Shown here: positions 38,242 through 47,592 of the stretch, one piece after another
Numbering within the stretch: the first letter of the stretch is position 1
How the letters are laid out: the number at the start of each line of letters is the position of its first letter
Assembly (NCBI GenBank): GCA_964473005.1
Contig: CAYYME010000001.1
Span: 1 to 58,114, forward strand
Origin: Candidatus Woesearchaeota archaeon
GTDB lineage: Archaea; Nanobdellota; Nanobdellia; Pacearchaeales; GW2011-AR1
Length of the DNA: 58,114 bases
Direction of reading: 5' to 3'
Translations under genes and position numbers: made by a program
The notes under the pieces: generated by a model
Database searches by the model: none
What the model was told of the DNA's origin: nothing
What the model saw: the letters and a program-made list of their open reading frames with translations, nothing else

Positions 38242-39195
38242 ATGGATATTAACGAAAAAATAGAATTGATAAAAAGAAATACAGAAGAGATAATAGGAGA
38301 AGAAAAGATTAATGATTTTATAAAACAGGGTGTTGTTTATTGCGGTTATGAATGCTCAGGAGAAATTCATCTCGGGCATCTTGTTACTATAATTAAGCTT
38401 CTGGATTTGCAGAAAGCAGGAATTAAAGTCAAAATTTTGCTGGCTGACTGGCATACCTGGCTAAATCAAAAAGGAGACTGGGATTTTGTAAATAAACAGC
38501 TGAAGCAGTGGGAAAAAGGTTTTAAGTCAGTTGGTTTAAAGGCAGAGATTATCAAAGGAACCAGTTTTCAGAAAAAACCAGGATATATCGACGATGTTCT
38601 GAAAATGGCGTTGGATATTACTGTTAATCGGGGGGTAAGAGCAATGCAGCAGGTTGCGAGAGACATAGAAAACGCGAAGATAAGCCAGATAATTTATCCT
38701 CTGATGCAAATTGAAGATGTCAAAGCGCTGGGAGTTAATTTTGTTTTGGCAGGAATGGACCAGAGAAAAATTTACATGCTTGGATTGGATGTCGGAAAAA
38801 AAATCGGATTGCAGGAGGCAGTTTATCTTTACACTCCTTTGATTCCGAGTCTGAGGGGAGCAGAGGGGAAGATGTCCAGTTCTGTTAAGGAGAGTTTTAT
38901 TTCTATTCGTGACAAAAAAGAGGATATAAAGAAAAAAATGCACGGGGCTTACTGCAAAATTGGGGATGTCCAGAATAATCCTATTTTAGCAATTGCAAGA
39001 CTGATTATTTTTCCCAGATTTGAAAAAGTTAGGATTAAAAGAGACAAAAAGTTCGGAGAAGATTTGGATTTTACAGATTACAAAGATTTGGAAAAAGCAT
39101 TTGAATCCGGAAAACTACATGCTCTGGATTTAAAAGATTCTGTTGCAGATTATCTCGAAGAGATTATCGTGCCGATAAGAAAAAACTGGAAATAA
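38242..39195 (+). CDS. tyrS: tyrosyl-tRNA synthetase (archaeal type)
   Basis: HIGH-like SGEIHLGH, KMSKS-like GKMSSS; colinear with my recollection of M. jannaschii TyrRS (IKRNT.EII.EE...). Confidence 0.85.
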   Translation: MDINEKIELIKRNTEEIIGEEKINDFIKQGVVYCGYECSGEIHLGHLVTIIKLLDLQKAGIKVKILLADWHTWLNQKGDWDFVNKQLKQWEKGFKSVGLKAEIIKGTSFQKKPGYIDDVLKMALDITVNRGVRAMQQVARDIENAKISQIIYPLMQIEDVKALGVNFVLAGMDQRKIYMLGLDVGKKIGLQEAVYLYTPLIPSLRGAEGKMSSSVKESFISIRDKKEDIKKKMHGAYCKIGDVQNNPILAIARLIIFPRFEKVRIKRDKKFGEDLDFTDYKDLEKAFESGKLHALDLKDSVADYLEEIIVPIRKNWK

Positions 39196-39197
39196 AA

Positions 39198-39599
39198 ATG
39201 GATAAAAAAAGGCCTAGAGTTACTGCTGCAATTCTTGTAGAAAAAGATGGTAAATTTCTTTTAGCAGAAAGAAATAAAGAAAATTATAATGGTTACTGGA
39301 TTATTCCTGGAGGTGGTGTTGACTTCGGAGAAAGGCTTTCTGATGCAGCAATCAGGGAAATTAAAGAAGAGACTAATTTGGATGTGGAAATTAAAAAACT
39401 GATTTGCCATAAAGAAATTATTAATGTTCCTGGAGATTATCATAGCATTATTTTTTTCTATTTAGCTTTTCCTGTCTCCCAAGATGTTCAATCTAATGAT
39501 GATATCTCACAGGCAAGATTTTTTTCTGTAGATGAAATTAAAAAGATGAAAATTGCAGAAAGCGTACAGATGGTTTTGGAAGAAATGGGTCTTTGGTAA
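39198..39599 (+). CDS. Nudix hydrolase
   Basis: Nudix box GGGVDFGERLSDAAIREIKEETNL. Confidence 0.8.
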   Translation: MDKKRPRVTAAILVEKDGKFLLAERNKENYNGYWIIPGGGVDFGERLSDAAIREIKEETNLDVEIKKLICHKEIINVPGDYHSIIFFYLAFPVSQDVQSNDDISQARFFSVDEIKKMKIAESVQMVLEEMGLW

Positions 39600-39635
39600 G
39601 TTTGTCTTGTCTTATGTTTTTTAATCTAAAAATCT

Positions 39636-40493
39636 TTACTTCTTCCCAGCATTTTTTATTAGAAAATCCAATGTTTTTTCTATCATTTTTTCTGTTTCTT
39701 CTTCAAAGAAGTCAAGGGAAGGCTGGGCATTGACTTCCAGTATAAACCATTTTCCCTCTCTTTTGAACATATCCACTCCGCATACTTTTATGTCCGCAAA
39801 TTTCATAAGCTTTTTTATTATTTTTTTTAATCCCTTATCAATTTTAAAGTGTTCAAATTTTTTTGCATAAACTCCGGTTGCTTTCCAGCTGGATTTATTT
39901 TTCTTTAAGGCTGTCTGAACTATTTTATTTCCTATTAAAGTTACCCTATAACTGGGGGATTTTATAAATTCCTGCGCTATTATCGGAAGTTTTTCACTTC
40001 CTTTTTTCCAGAATTTTTTTATTAATACTTCTGCTTCACCCATGCCTTTCGCCTTTCCGACATATTCCCCCATTGTTCCTGAAATTCTTTTTAGAATGAT
40101 GGGCCATCTTCCGAATTCCTTAAGCTCCCTCTTGGCATTATTTATATTTTCAGAAAGAAGAATTGTCTCGGGTGTGGGAATTTTATGCTTTTTGCATTTT
40201 ATATAAAACATCCATTTATCCTCGCTATAATAATAGGAATTTGAGGATTCAAATATTTTTTTGCCCCATTCTTCTATTGTTTTTACAAGTTCCAGAGAAA
40301 AATCATCGCACACGCTGCAATAAATTACATCGCACTTTTTTACTTTTCTTTTTACGGATTTTATATTAAATTTATCAGAGATATTTATTGCAACCAGTTT
40401 AACGTCTTTCTTTTTTGCGAGTTCAGTAAATGTTTTTATCTCCTTTGTCGGCTCTCTTCCACAGTAGATTATTCCTATTACCTTCTTTTCCAC
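39636..40493 (-). CDS. ATP-grasp enzyme (RimK/LysX-like ligase)
   Basis: Size and pattern (WPIILKR.SGTMGEYV...; C-terminal ILEVNAQPSL) typical of ATP-grasp ligases. Confidence 0.65.
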   Translation of the reverse strand: MEKKVIGIIYCGREPTKEIKTFTELAKKKDVKLVAINISDKFNIKSVKRKVKKCDVIYCSVCDDFSLELVKTIEEWGKKIFESSNSYYYSEDKWMFYIKCKKHKIPTPETILLSENINNAKRELKEFGRWPIILKRISGTMGEYVGKAKGMGEAEVLIKKFWKKGSEKLPIIAQEFIKSPSYRVTLIGNKIVQTALKKNKSSWKATGVYAKKFEHFKIDKGLKKIIKKLMKFADIKVCGVDMFKREGKWFILEVNAQPSLDFFEEETEKMIEKTLDFLIKNAGKK

Positions 40494-40532
40494 TTTACTT
40501 TTAATACAATTTTCTATTTAAATATAGTGTTT

Positions 40533-41465
40533 TTATTTTGTTTTGAACTGGATTACATCCAAGTCCTTTAAGTTATGCTGAAGCCCTACCTTCTGCCCTG
40601 GAAATTTTGATGAGGGTCCCCAAATTTTTGTTTCTTTGACATTTTTTGAAAATCCCTTCAGAATTTTCTCTGCAACTTCCTGAATTGTTGCATTTTGCCC
40701 CAGGATTATCGGACGATTTGATTTTTCCTTTTCTGGTTCTTTTGTATAAACCCTGATCTTGTCGAAGCTAATGAAGAGTTTTTCTTTGAGTTCATCTAAA
40801 TCCTCCTCATTCCCCCACCCCTGGAGGGCACTTTCTATGGAGAGCATAACATGGTTATATTTTCTGCTTTGAAGGGTTGCAGAAATTTTTCTTTTTTCTT
40901 CTTCGCTGAGCAAATCTGTTTGATTGAAAACAATTATTCTTTTTCCAGATGCTTTTTTTAATTTCTCTTCAATTTCTTTCAATTGCTCCAAATCTGTAAT
41001 AAGAATTAAAAATATATCTGCTGTGTTCACCAGCCCTTTATCATAATACCCGGATTCAATTGCCGGAATTTCAATCAGTTGTATGTTCGCTCCTTCATAG
41101 TTCATCATTCCGACAACAGGTCCGGTTGTTGTGAATCTTTCTTCTGAGATTTTTGGTCTGGCATTTGTTAAAAGAGCAATAAGAGAAGATTTTCCGGTGT
41201 TAGTTTTTCCGATGATAACTGCCCGCATTTCTTCTTTCTTTATTCTGCTTTTCCGGGATTTTCCTGCTTTTCCCCCTCTTTCCTGTTTCTCAAATAATTT
41301 TTTCAGGCGGGTTTTTAAATTTGCAAGCATCTTCTCAGAAGATTTATGCTTAGGGCATTCTTTTATCATTTCTTCTAATGCGTCTATCTTCTCTTCATTA
41401 TTTCTTGCTGATAAAAATCTTGCTTCAGCTTGTTTGTAAAAGGGGGATTGGTTCGTTGATGCCAT
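40533..41465 (-). CDS. DRG/Obg-family GTP-binding protein with C-terminal TGS-like domain
   Basis: G1 GKTNTGKSSL, G2 FTT, G3-like region, NQTD (G4); 310 aa. Confidence 0.75.
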   Translation of the reverse strand: MASTNQSPFYKQAEARFLSARNNEEKIDALEEMIKECPKHKSSEKMLANLKTRLKKLFEKQERGGKAGKSRKSRIKKEEMRAVIIGKTNTGKSSLIALLTNARPKISEERFTTTGPVVGMMNYEGANIQLIEIPAIESGYYDKGLVNTADIFLILITDLEQLKEIEEKLKKASGKRIIVFNQTDLLSEEEKRKISATLQSRKYNHVMLSIESALQGWGNEEDLDELKEKLFISFDKIRVYTKEPEKEKSNRPIILGQNATIQEVAEKILKGFSKNVKETKIWGPSSKFPGQKVGLQHNLKDLDVIQFKTK

Positions 41466-41566
41466 TTTATATTTTAATATGCTTTTTTAAATATGTTTAT
41501 ATTTAAGAATTTTTGCAACTAAACATTTATAAAAATGATGGGGTTGTTTAATATGAGGTGGATTAA

Positions 41567-41758
41567 ATGCAACCAACACAACAACCTATCCAAGGAGAAC
41601 CTGTAGCAACAGCGCAGGTGCAGCAAAAACCTGTTGGAGAACAATCTGTTCAACCAGAACAGGTTATAAAGAAACCATCAAGATGGTGGATTTGGGTGAT
41701 TGTAGCTGCAGTTATAATTGGTGGTGGAATTTGGGCTTATTTTCAGTTTCTTGCTTAG
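41567..41758 (+). CDS. small membrane-anchored protein with Q/P-rich N-terminus
   Basis: 63-aa ORF, single C-terminal TM. Confidence 0.35.
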   Translation: MQPTQQPIQGEPVATAQVQQKPVGEQSVQPEQVIKKPSRWWIWVIVAAVIIGGGIWAYFQFLA

Positions 41759-41763
41759 TTGAA

Positions 41764-42963
41764 ATGAAATTTGAATTTAAAAGAAAAATCCTGAAAAATG
41801 GGATGACTGTCATTTTTGAAAAGAGAAATCTCCCGGTAGTTAGTGTGGCTTTTGCTGTAAGGCAGGGGGGAATTAATGAAGATGTTTCTGAAAAGGGAAT
41901 TTCACATTTTATAGAGCACATGCTTTACAAAGGAACACCGACAAGAAATGCAAAGCAAATTGCAGAAGAAATTGAGAAAAACGGAGGAGAGTTAAATGGT
42001 TTTACAAGCGAAGTAATAACTGCTTACTGGTGCAAGATGCCAAGCAAGCATATCAATGTTGCTCTTAGTGTTTTGAGTGATATGGTTAAAAATCCCCTAT
42101 TTGATGAAAAAGAATTAGAAAAAGAAAGAAAAGTTATTTTTGAAGAGATTAAACTTTATCATGATAATCCCCAGCGTTATGTAATGGATGAAATCCAAAA
42201 ATCTCTTTATAGCGGAACAATGGGGAAAGACCTAATTGGAACCTATGAAACTATGAAATCCTTAGACAGAAAAAAAATAATTGAAAAATTCAGGCAGGTT
42301 TATACTCCCAATAATATGATTTTGTGTGTTGTTGGAAATGCTGATTTTGATGATATTCTAAAATTTGCAGAAGAGAATTTTGGAAATGAAAAAGGAAAAA
42401 TTCTTAAGCAAAAATTTAATTTGAAAAATGAAATAAAAATTGAAAAAAGAAAAGGGGTTGACCAGGCAAATCTTATTTTTGCATATCATGTGCCTTTATC
42501 TTCTGATAAAAAATCCCATGCTGCAAGAGTTCTCGGAACTTTGCTGGCAGGAGGAATGTCTTCGAGATTATTCAGCGAAATAAGGGAAAAAAGAAATTTG
42601 GCCTATTCTGTTAAAGGAGATTCTGCAATTACAAAAGATTTTGCATACAATATTATTTACGTCGGAACTATGAAAGAAAATGTTGAGCAGGTAAAGAAAA
42701 TTATTTTAGAAGAATTTGAAAAAGTTGCAGTTGAGTTAGATGAGAGAGAATTGAAGCAGATAAAAGAGCAGCTAATAGGACAGTATCAGATATCTATGGA
42801 AGATTCCCAATTACAAATGGTTAATCTGCTTTATTATGAAATAGATAAAAATGCAGAGGATTTTTATGATTTTGAGAAAAATATAAGGGGTGTTAAATTA
42901 GAAGAAGTAAAAAATTTAGCAAAACTAAAAGAATATAGCTTCTTTGCATTGGTTCCAGAATAA
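41764..42963 (+). CDS. M16-family (pitrilysin-like) zinc peptidase
   Basis: Inverted zincin motif HFIEH + downstream E; start set at MKFEFKRK (41764) to avoid overlapping the preceding small ORF. Confidence 0.8.
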   Translation: MKFEFKRKILKNGMTVIFEKRNLPVVSVAFAVRQGGINEDVSEKGISHFIEHMLYKGTPTRNAKQIAEEIEKNGGELNGFTSEVITAYWCKMPSKHINVALSVLSDMVKNPLFDEKELEKERKVIFEEIKLYHDNPQRYVMDEIQKSLYSGTMGKDLIGTYETMKSLDRKKIIEKFRQVYTPNNMILCVVGNADFDDILKFAEENFGNEKGKILKQKFNLKNEIKIEKRKGVDQANLIFAYHVPLSSDKKSHAARVLGTLLAGGMSSRLFSEIREKRNLAYSVKGDSAITKDFAYNIIYVGTMKENVEQVKKIILEEFEKVAVELDERELKQIKEQLIGQYQISMEDSQLQMVNLLYYEIDKNAEDFYDFEKNIRGVKLEEVKNLAKLKEYSFFALVPE

Positions 42964-42997
42964 AAATCTTTATAATCTCCTTTTGCATACCTCATTT

Positions 42998-45127
42998 ATG
43001 AAAAAAAGCTGGGCGATGTTTGGTTTGGTTTTAATATTAATAATCTCCCTTTCTGTTTTTGTTTCTGCTGGTTTTTTTTCAAATTTCTGGGAAAAAATTA
43101 CAGGAAAGGCTATCTCTCCCCTTCCAGAAGATTGCACTCCTTATACCTGCTCTAATTTAGGGTACGATTGTGGCGGGCCATATAATGATGGATGCGGAGG
43201 TACAATTTCAAGTTGTGGTAATTGTGTCTCAGGAAAGATTTGTCAGAATGGGGTGTGTGTTACATCTTCTGCAGCATGCATAGACAGTGATGGTCCTTTT
43301 AATATAATTAATAAAGGAAACTGTACAAATTCAACAGGCACATATTGGGATAGTTGTTTAGACAGTTCCAGAGTATATGAAAGAAGTTGCTTGGACACTA
43401 AATGTATCAAAACTTGGTGGGACTGTTCTCTGGGTTATATTTGTAGTAATGGTGCCTGTGTTTCAGCAACTGCACCTGGCACAACTCCTCCGACATACTT
43501 TCTAAATCAAACAAACAATACAATCGCAGGACAAGCAACAAAATTTTCTTTATATGTGAATGATAATGCATTATCTCCTAAGGGTGCATACATTTTTTCA
43601 ACAAATAACACAGGAGGCTGGGTAAATGATTCTCCTGTTTTTTTCACAACAACTCCAAGCTGGGCTAATGTTACTAAAATTTTAAATTCAGCAGATGATT
43701 TAACAATAGGATATAGGTGGTATCTCAATGATAGTGCAGGAAATATAAATTTCACACCAGTTTATGGTTTGGTAACAACTGCAACATGTGAAACATGTAC
43801 AGAACATTCAGGATTTACTTGGTGTAATGATCTTGGGAAATGTGTAGATGACCCTGCTGGTGCTGGTTGTGCAAACTCTGCTGGGAATAGAATTCAGTTT
43901 GTGAGCGATTGTTCGTCTAATCTTCAGGAATGCAAACCTTCTTTAGGTGAATTTGCTTCTTATGCAAATAACCCTAGTATAGGCAAGGTTCTGGGGGGAA
44001 TTATATATCATGAAGAACTTAGCGGCGGTTGTGCAATAGATTTTAGCTTTTCTAAGTTAGCCGAGTTACCTGCAGGTTATGAATTTAATGTTCAAAATAA
44101 AAGAATAATCTCTATACTGAATATAAGTTCTGCAGATTCTTCCTTAGAAGCTTCTTTGAATTTTAGTTTAAATGAAACAGAAATACATTATCCTTTTAGT
44201 ATGTCTTTTTATATATGGAGTGGAACAAAATGGGAATTGTTATCATATGATCCCTGGAAATCCCCTGTTATAAATGAAGATGCACAGGGAAAAAGAACAT
44301 ATAATTATATTATTTCCACACCCCATTTTTCTTTATTTTTAATAGTAGAACCTGACTTTTGTGGAAATGGAAAATTTGATGCAGGCTGGGAGCAATGTGA
44401 TGAATCTTTGGCAGAAACAACAGATTGTACATCATGTATATGTAATAGCGGGACTGATCCTGATGGTAAGGGCTCTTGTGTGAAGGAAAAAGTAAATGAA
44501 ACCTGTTCTGAAGCAGGAAAAGAAGATTGTGTTGGATACACATTATATACATGTAATTCTAGTTTGATGTGGGAAAAGAATGGGACAATTGTTGGTAACT
44601 GCGGAGTTAATTGTTCTCCCATTGGAAATTTATCTTGTGACGGGGAAATTTCTTTAAAGTGCGGTGCAGATTATAAATGGGCGAGCCAAGGCAAAGTAAA
44701 CGGCTTGTGTGGCTATGTTTCGGATATTGCTTTGGATTACCCTTCATCAGAAGATAAGTGTGGAAATGGAGTTTGCAATTATGATGAAGATGAATATTCT
44801 TGTCCAGAGGATTGTGTAGTAAAAGAGCAGAAAGAAGAGAAGAGTTGGTTTGTAATATTCCTGATTGTTTTTGTTGCAATTTTAATTTTAGTTCTAATTG
44901 TTGTTTTATCCAAGGTATTCAGTAAACGAAAAAGCAGTTTCCATGAACCAAGTGTTCCTCCTTTATACGGGCCAGGAGGGCCCAGATTATATCCCGGAAC
45001 GCACCCCCCTGCAGTGCATCACAGGGTCATTCGCCATCACCCCCCTGCAGTTCATCATGCAGCAACAAGCCAGCCAATTCATTCTGGTTCTGCAGAAAGG
45101 TATCCTGTGAAGCATTATCCTCGATAA
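42998..45127 (+). CDS. large Cys-rich cell-surface protein with signal peptide, C-terminal TM anchor and His/Pro-rich cytoplasmic tail
   Basis: MKKSWAMFGLVLILIISL signal; CGNG...EQCD and CGNGVC...CPEDC repeats; TM WFVIFLIVFVAILILVLIVVL; tail with 2x HPPAVHH. Confidence 0.6.
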   Translation: MKKSWAMFGLVLILIISLSVFVSAGFFSNFWEKITGKAISPLPEDCTPYTCSNLGYDCGGPYNDGCGGTISSCGNCVSGKICQNGVCVTSSAACIDSDGPFNIINKGNCTNSTGTYWDSCLDSSRVYERSCLDTKCIKTWWDCSLGYICSNGACVSATAPGTTPPTYFLNQTNNTIAGQATKFSLYVNDNALSPKGAYIFSTNNTGGWVNDSPVFFTTTPSWANVTKILNSADDLTIGYRWYLNDSAGNINFTPVYGLVTTATCETCTEHSGFTWCNDLGKCVDDPAGAGCANSAGNRIQFVSDCSSNLQECKPSLGEFASYANNPSIGKVLGGIIYHEELSGGCAIDFSFSKLAELPAGYEFNVQNKRIISILNISSADSSLEASLNFSLNETEIHYPFSMSFYIWSGTKWELLSYDPWKSPVINEDAQGKRTYNYIISTPHFSLFLIVEPDFCGNGKFDAGWEQCDESLAETTDCTSCICNSGTDPDGKGSCVKEKVNETCSEAGKEDCVGYTLYTCNSSLMWEKNGTIVGNCGVNCSPIGNLSCDGEISLKCGADYKWASQGKVNGLCGYVSDIALDYPSSEDKCGNGVCNYDEDEYSCPEDCVVKEQKEEKSWFVIFLIVFVAILILVLIVVLSKVFSKRKSSFHEPSVPPLYGPGGPRLYPGTHPPAVHHRVIRHHPPAVHHAATSQPIHSGSAERYPVKHYPR

Positions 45128-45157
45128 TCTTTTAAATCCTTTTTCTTACACATTCTT

Positions 45158-45958
45158 ATGTTTGTTGTAAAAGTTCCTGGAATAAATGGCTTAGGAAAAA
45201 CCATCGGATGTGAGAAAGCAGGAAATGAGGTTTTGAAATTTCTCAGGGAGATTCCTTCAACCGAGAGCGGAAAGCCAATCGATGTAAGGTTACTGGACTT
45301 GGAAGAGATTCATCTGGATAATTCAGATTTGGAACTGAACAATAATTTAATTTATAAAAATTCTTTGAATTTTTTTAAAACACAGCCAAAAACAATTTTT
45401 CTCGGAGGAGACCATTCTGTAAGTTATTCGCTTGGAAAGGCTTTTTTGGATAACTGCAAAAGCCAGGGGAGTGAACCCTGCCTGATTGTTTTTGATGCTC
45501 ATGCAGACTGCATGCCTTCTATGAAAGAGCCGACGCATGAAGAGTGGCTGAGGAAATTAGTTGAAAAGGGATTTCCCACAAAAAATATTCTGCTGGTTGG
45601 GGCAAGAACTATCTGGCAGGAAGAAATAAAATTTCTAAAAGAAAAAGGAATCAGAACAATAAGCATGAATCAATTTGTGGAAAATTTACAGGATACCTGC
45701 GAGATTATTATGGAATTTTCAAACAGAAAGGAACTTTATGTTTCAATTGATATAGATTTTATTGACCCTGTTTTTGCCCCCGGAACAGGGTACAGAGAGC
45801 CAGGGGGGCTTAGCAGCAGGGATTTTTTATATTTAATACAAAGAATGAATAAAATAAAAAATCTTAGGGGAGTAGATATTGTTGAGATAAATCCCGATAA
45901 AGATGAAGAAAATAAAACAATTAAATTAGGAGCCAAGATTTTGGCAGAGATTATTTAG
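45158..45958 (+). CDS. speB: agmatinase/arginase-family ureohydrolase
   Basis: GGDHSVSY, DAHAD, SIDIDFIDP Mn-binding motifs. Confidence 0.8.
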   Translation: MFVVKVPGINGLGKTIGCEKAGNEVLKFLREIPSTESGKPIDVRLLDLEEIHLDNSDLELNNNLIYKNSLNFFKTQPKTIFLGGDHSVSYSLGKAFLDNCKSQGSEPCLIVFDAHADCMPSMKEPTHEEWLRKLVEKGFPTKNILLVGARTIWQEEIKFLKEKGIRTISMNQFVENLQDTCEIIMEFSNRKELYVSIDIDFIDPVFAPGTGYREPGGLSSRDFLYLIQRMNKIKNLRGVDIVEINPDKDEENKTIKLGAKILAEII

Positions 45959-46480
45959 ATGCGCTGTTTTATCTCCATAAACATTCCGGAAAAAATTCAA
46001 AGAGAAATTAAGAAGATTCAGGATAAGCTTCCTGAAGTTAAAAACAAGAAAACAGAATTAAAAAATTTACATTTGACATTGAAATTTTTAGGAGAAATTA
46101 ATGAAGAAAAAACAGAAGAAGTTAAGAAGAAATTAAGAGAAATCAAATTTAAAAAATTTGAGAGTGAAATTGACAAGATTGGAATTTTTTCTGAAGAATT
46201 TGTCAGAATAATCTGGCTGCATTTGACAAATTCAGATGAACTTCAGAAAATTATTGACGGGAAATTAAAAAAATTATTTCAGCCTGAAAAAAGATTTATG
46301 GGGCACCTTACTATCGCGAGAGTAAAATCTGTTAAAAATAAAGAAAAATTTTTAGATAAATTGAAAAAACTGAAAATTTCAAAAATAAAATTTGCTGTTG
46401 ATAAATTTTATTTAATGGTGTCTGAATTAACTTCCGAAGGCCCGGAATATAAAATTATTGAAGAATATCTGTTAATATGA
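45959..46480 (+). CDS. 2'-5' RNA ligase / 2H phosphoesterase (LigT-like)
   Basis: Two HxTx motifs: HLTLKFLG and HLTIARV. Confidence 0.75.
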   Translation: MRCFISINIPEKIQREIKKIQDKLPEVKNKKTELKNLHLTLKFLGEINEEKTEEVKKKLREIKFKKFESEIDKIGIFSEEFVRIIWLHLTNSDELQKIIDGKLKKLFQPEKRFMGHLTIARVKSVKNKEKFLDKLKKLKISKIKFAVDKFYLMVSELTSEGPEYKIIEEYLLI

Positions 46481-46603
46481 TTTTATAAAACTGGCTGATA
46501 AATTATTTCCAATAATAACACCTATTTTGATAATAAGCTCTATCTAATATATATTCTCTTTTACAGATTTGTTTATATATTCTAAATTCTTTTTTATATT
46601 TTA

Positions 46604-46912
46604 ATGGAGATTGATGAAGGGAGGTTAGAAAAATTAGTTGATGATTTTTTTGGGCAAATTAAGGGAATTAAAGGGCCCGCCCCCCTCAGAATTATTTTTT
46701 TGGCAGATAGTCTATCTGGTATAGCAGGCAGGGATGAGATAATTCATTATGTTGCTGATAGGTTAGGGGAAGCACTTTCTCGGCAGGTTTTAATCATAGA
46801 AGAGAAGGAATATAACACTCTAAAAGGGGATTATACTATTAATATTAAAGATTTTGATTTTAGTTCAGGTAAATTTTTTCTAAGAAGAATTGCTCAAGGA
46901 TATAATCAATAA
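46604..46912 (+). CDS. hypothetical protein
   Basis: 102-aa ORF, no motif recognised. Confidence 0.4.
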   Translation: MEIDEGRLEKLVDDFFGQIKGIKGPAPLRIIFLADSLSGIAGRDEIIHYVADRLGEALSRQVLIIEEKEYNTLKGDYTINIKDFDFSSGKFFLRRIAQGYNQ

Positions 46913-47592
46913 TTAATTTTTCTGAGATTAATTATTGTTTCTGCTTTTTTCCCAATTGTTTTTTTCAGTTCAGTTTCAGAGGCATTAATTATATCCTTGA
47001 TTGTTTTAAATTTTTCCAGGAGTTTTTTTGCTGTCTTAGGGCCTATTCCCCTGAACCCCTCAACAATGAACTGCATTTGCTCTTTTTTATTCAGGGTTTT
47101 CTTTTTTGCATTAAGATTGATTTCTCTTTCCTTCTTTTTTGAAAGAATAGTTATAAATTTGGCAGTATCTTCCTGATTTTTTGTAAAAAGCACAGGAATT
47201 TTGTGCTTAAGAAGAACTGAGAGTAAAAAACCCCTTATAGCATTTGCATTTATGTTAGGATTATTTTCGTTATAAATTTCCTGTTCTGAGATTCCTTCAA
47301 TTATCAGCAGTTTATTCTTATATTGTTTTAATTCTTCAATTTGTTTTATTAACCTGTGATTTAGCATTGAACTTAAAAAATCCTGAACAGTTTTTCTTTC
47401 TATAATAATATTTTTTACAACATAATCACCTATTTTTAATTCTTTGAATTCAACATAAAAACCCTGCTTTACGAGATAAGATGCAACAAGAGAATTCTTT
47501 TCCCTGTAATCCACAATTATTTTCTCTTTTGGTTCTTCTTTTATTCTTTCTGTTTGTTTTCTTTTCTGAAAAATGTCATGGAGGGGTTTCAT
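46906..47592 (-). CDS. XPF/ERCC4-type nuclease with C-terminal (HhH)2 (Hef nuclease half)
   Basis: VDYREK...GDYVV...ERKTVQD ERCC4 motif; C-terminal GIGPKTAKKLL HhH. Confidence 0.8.
   Translation of the reverse strand: MKPLHDIFQKRKQTERIKEEPKEKIIVDYREKNSLVASYLVKQGFYVEFKELKIGDYVVKNIIIERKTVQDFLSSMLNHRLIKQIEELKQYKNKLLIIEGISEQEIYNENNPNINANAIRGFLLSVLLKHKIPVLFTKNQEDTAKFITILSKKKEREINLNAKKKTLNKKEQMQFIVEGFRGIGPKTAKKLLEKFKTIKDIINASETELKKTIGKKAETIINLRKINY

Noticed and set aside
41683-41763. Longer start for the M16 peptidase
   Set aside because: It would overlap the small membrane ORF 41567-41758 in another frame. MKFEFKRK at 41764 aligns with the usual M16 N-terminus.
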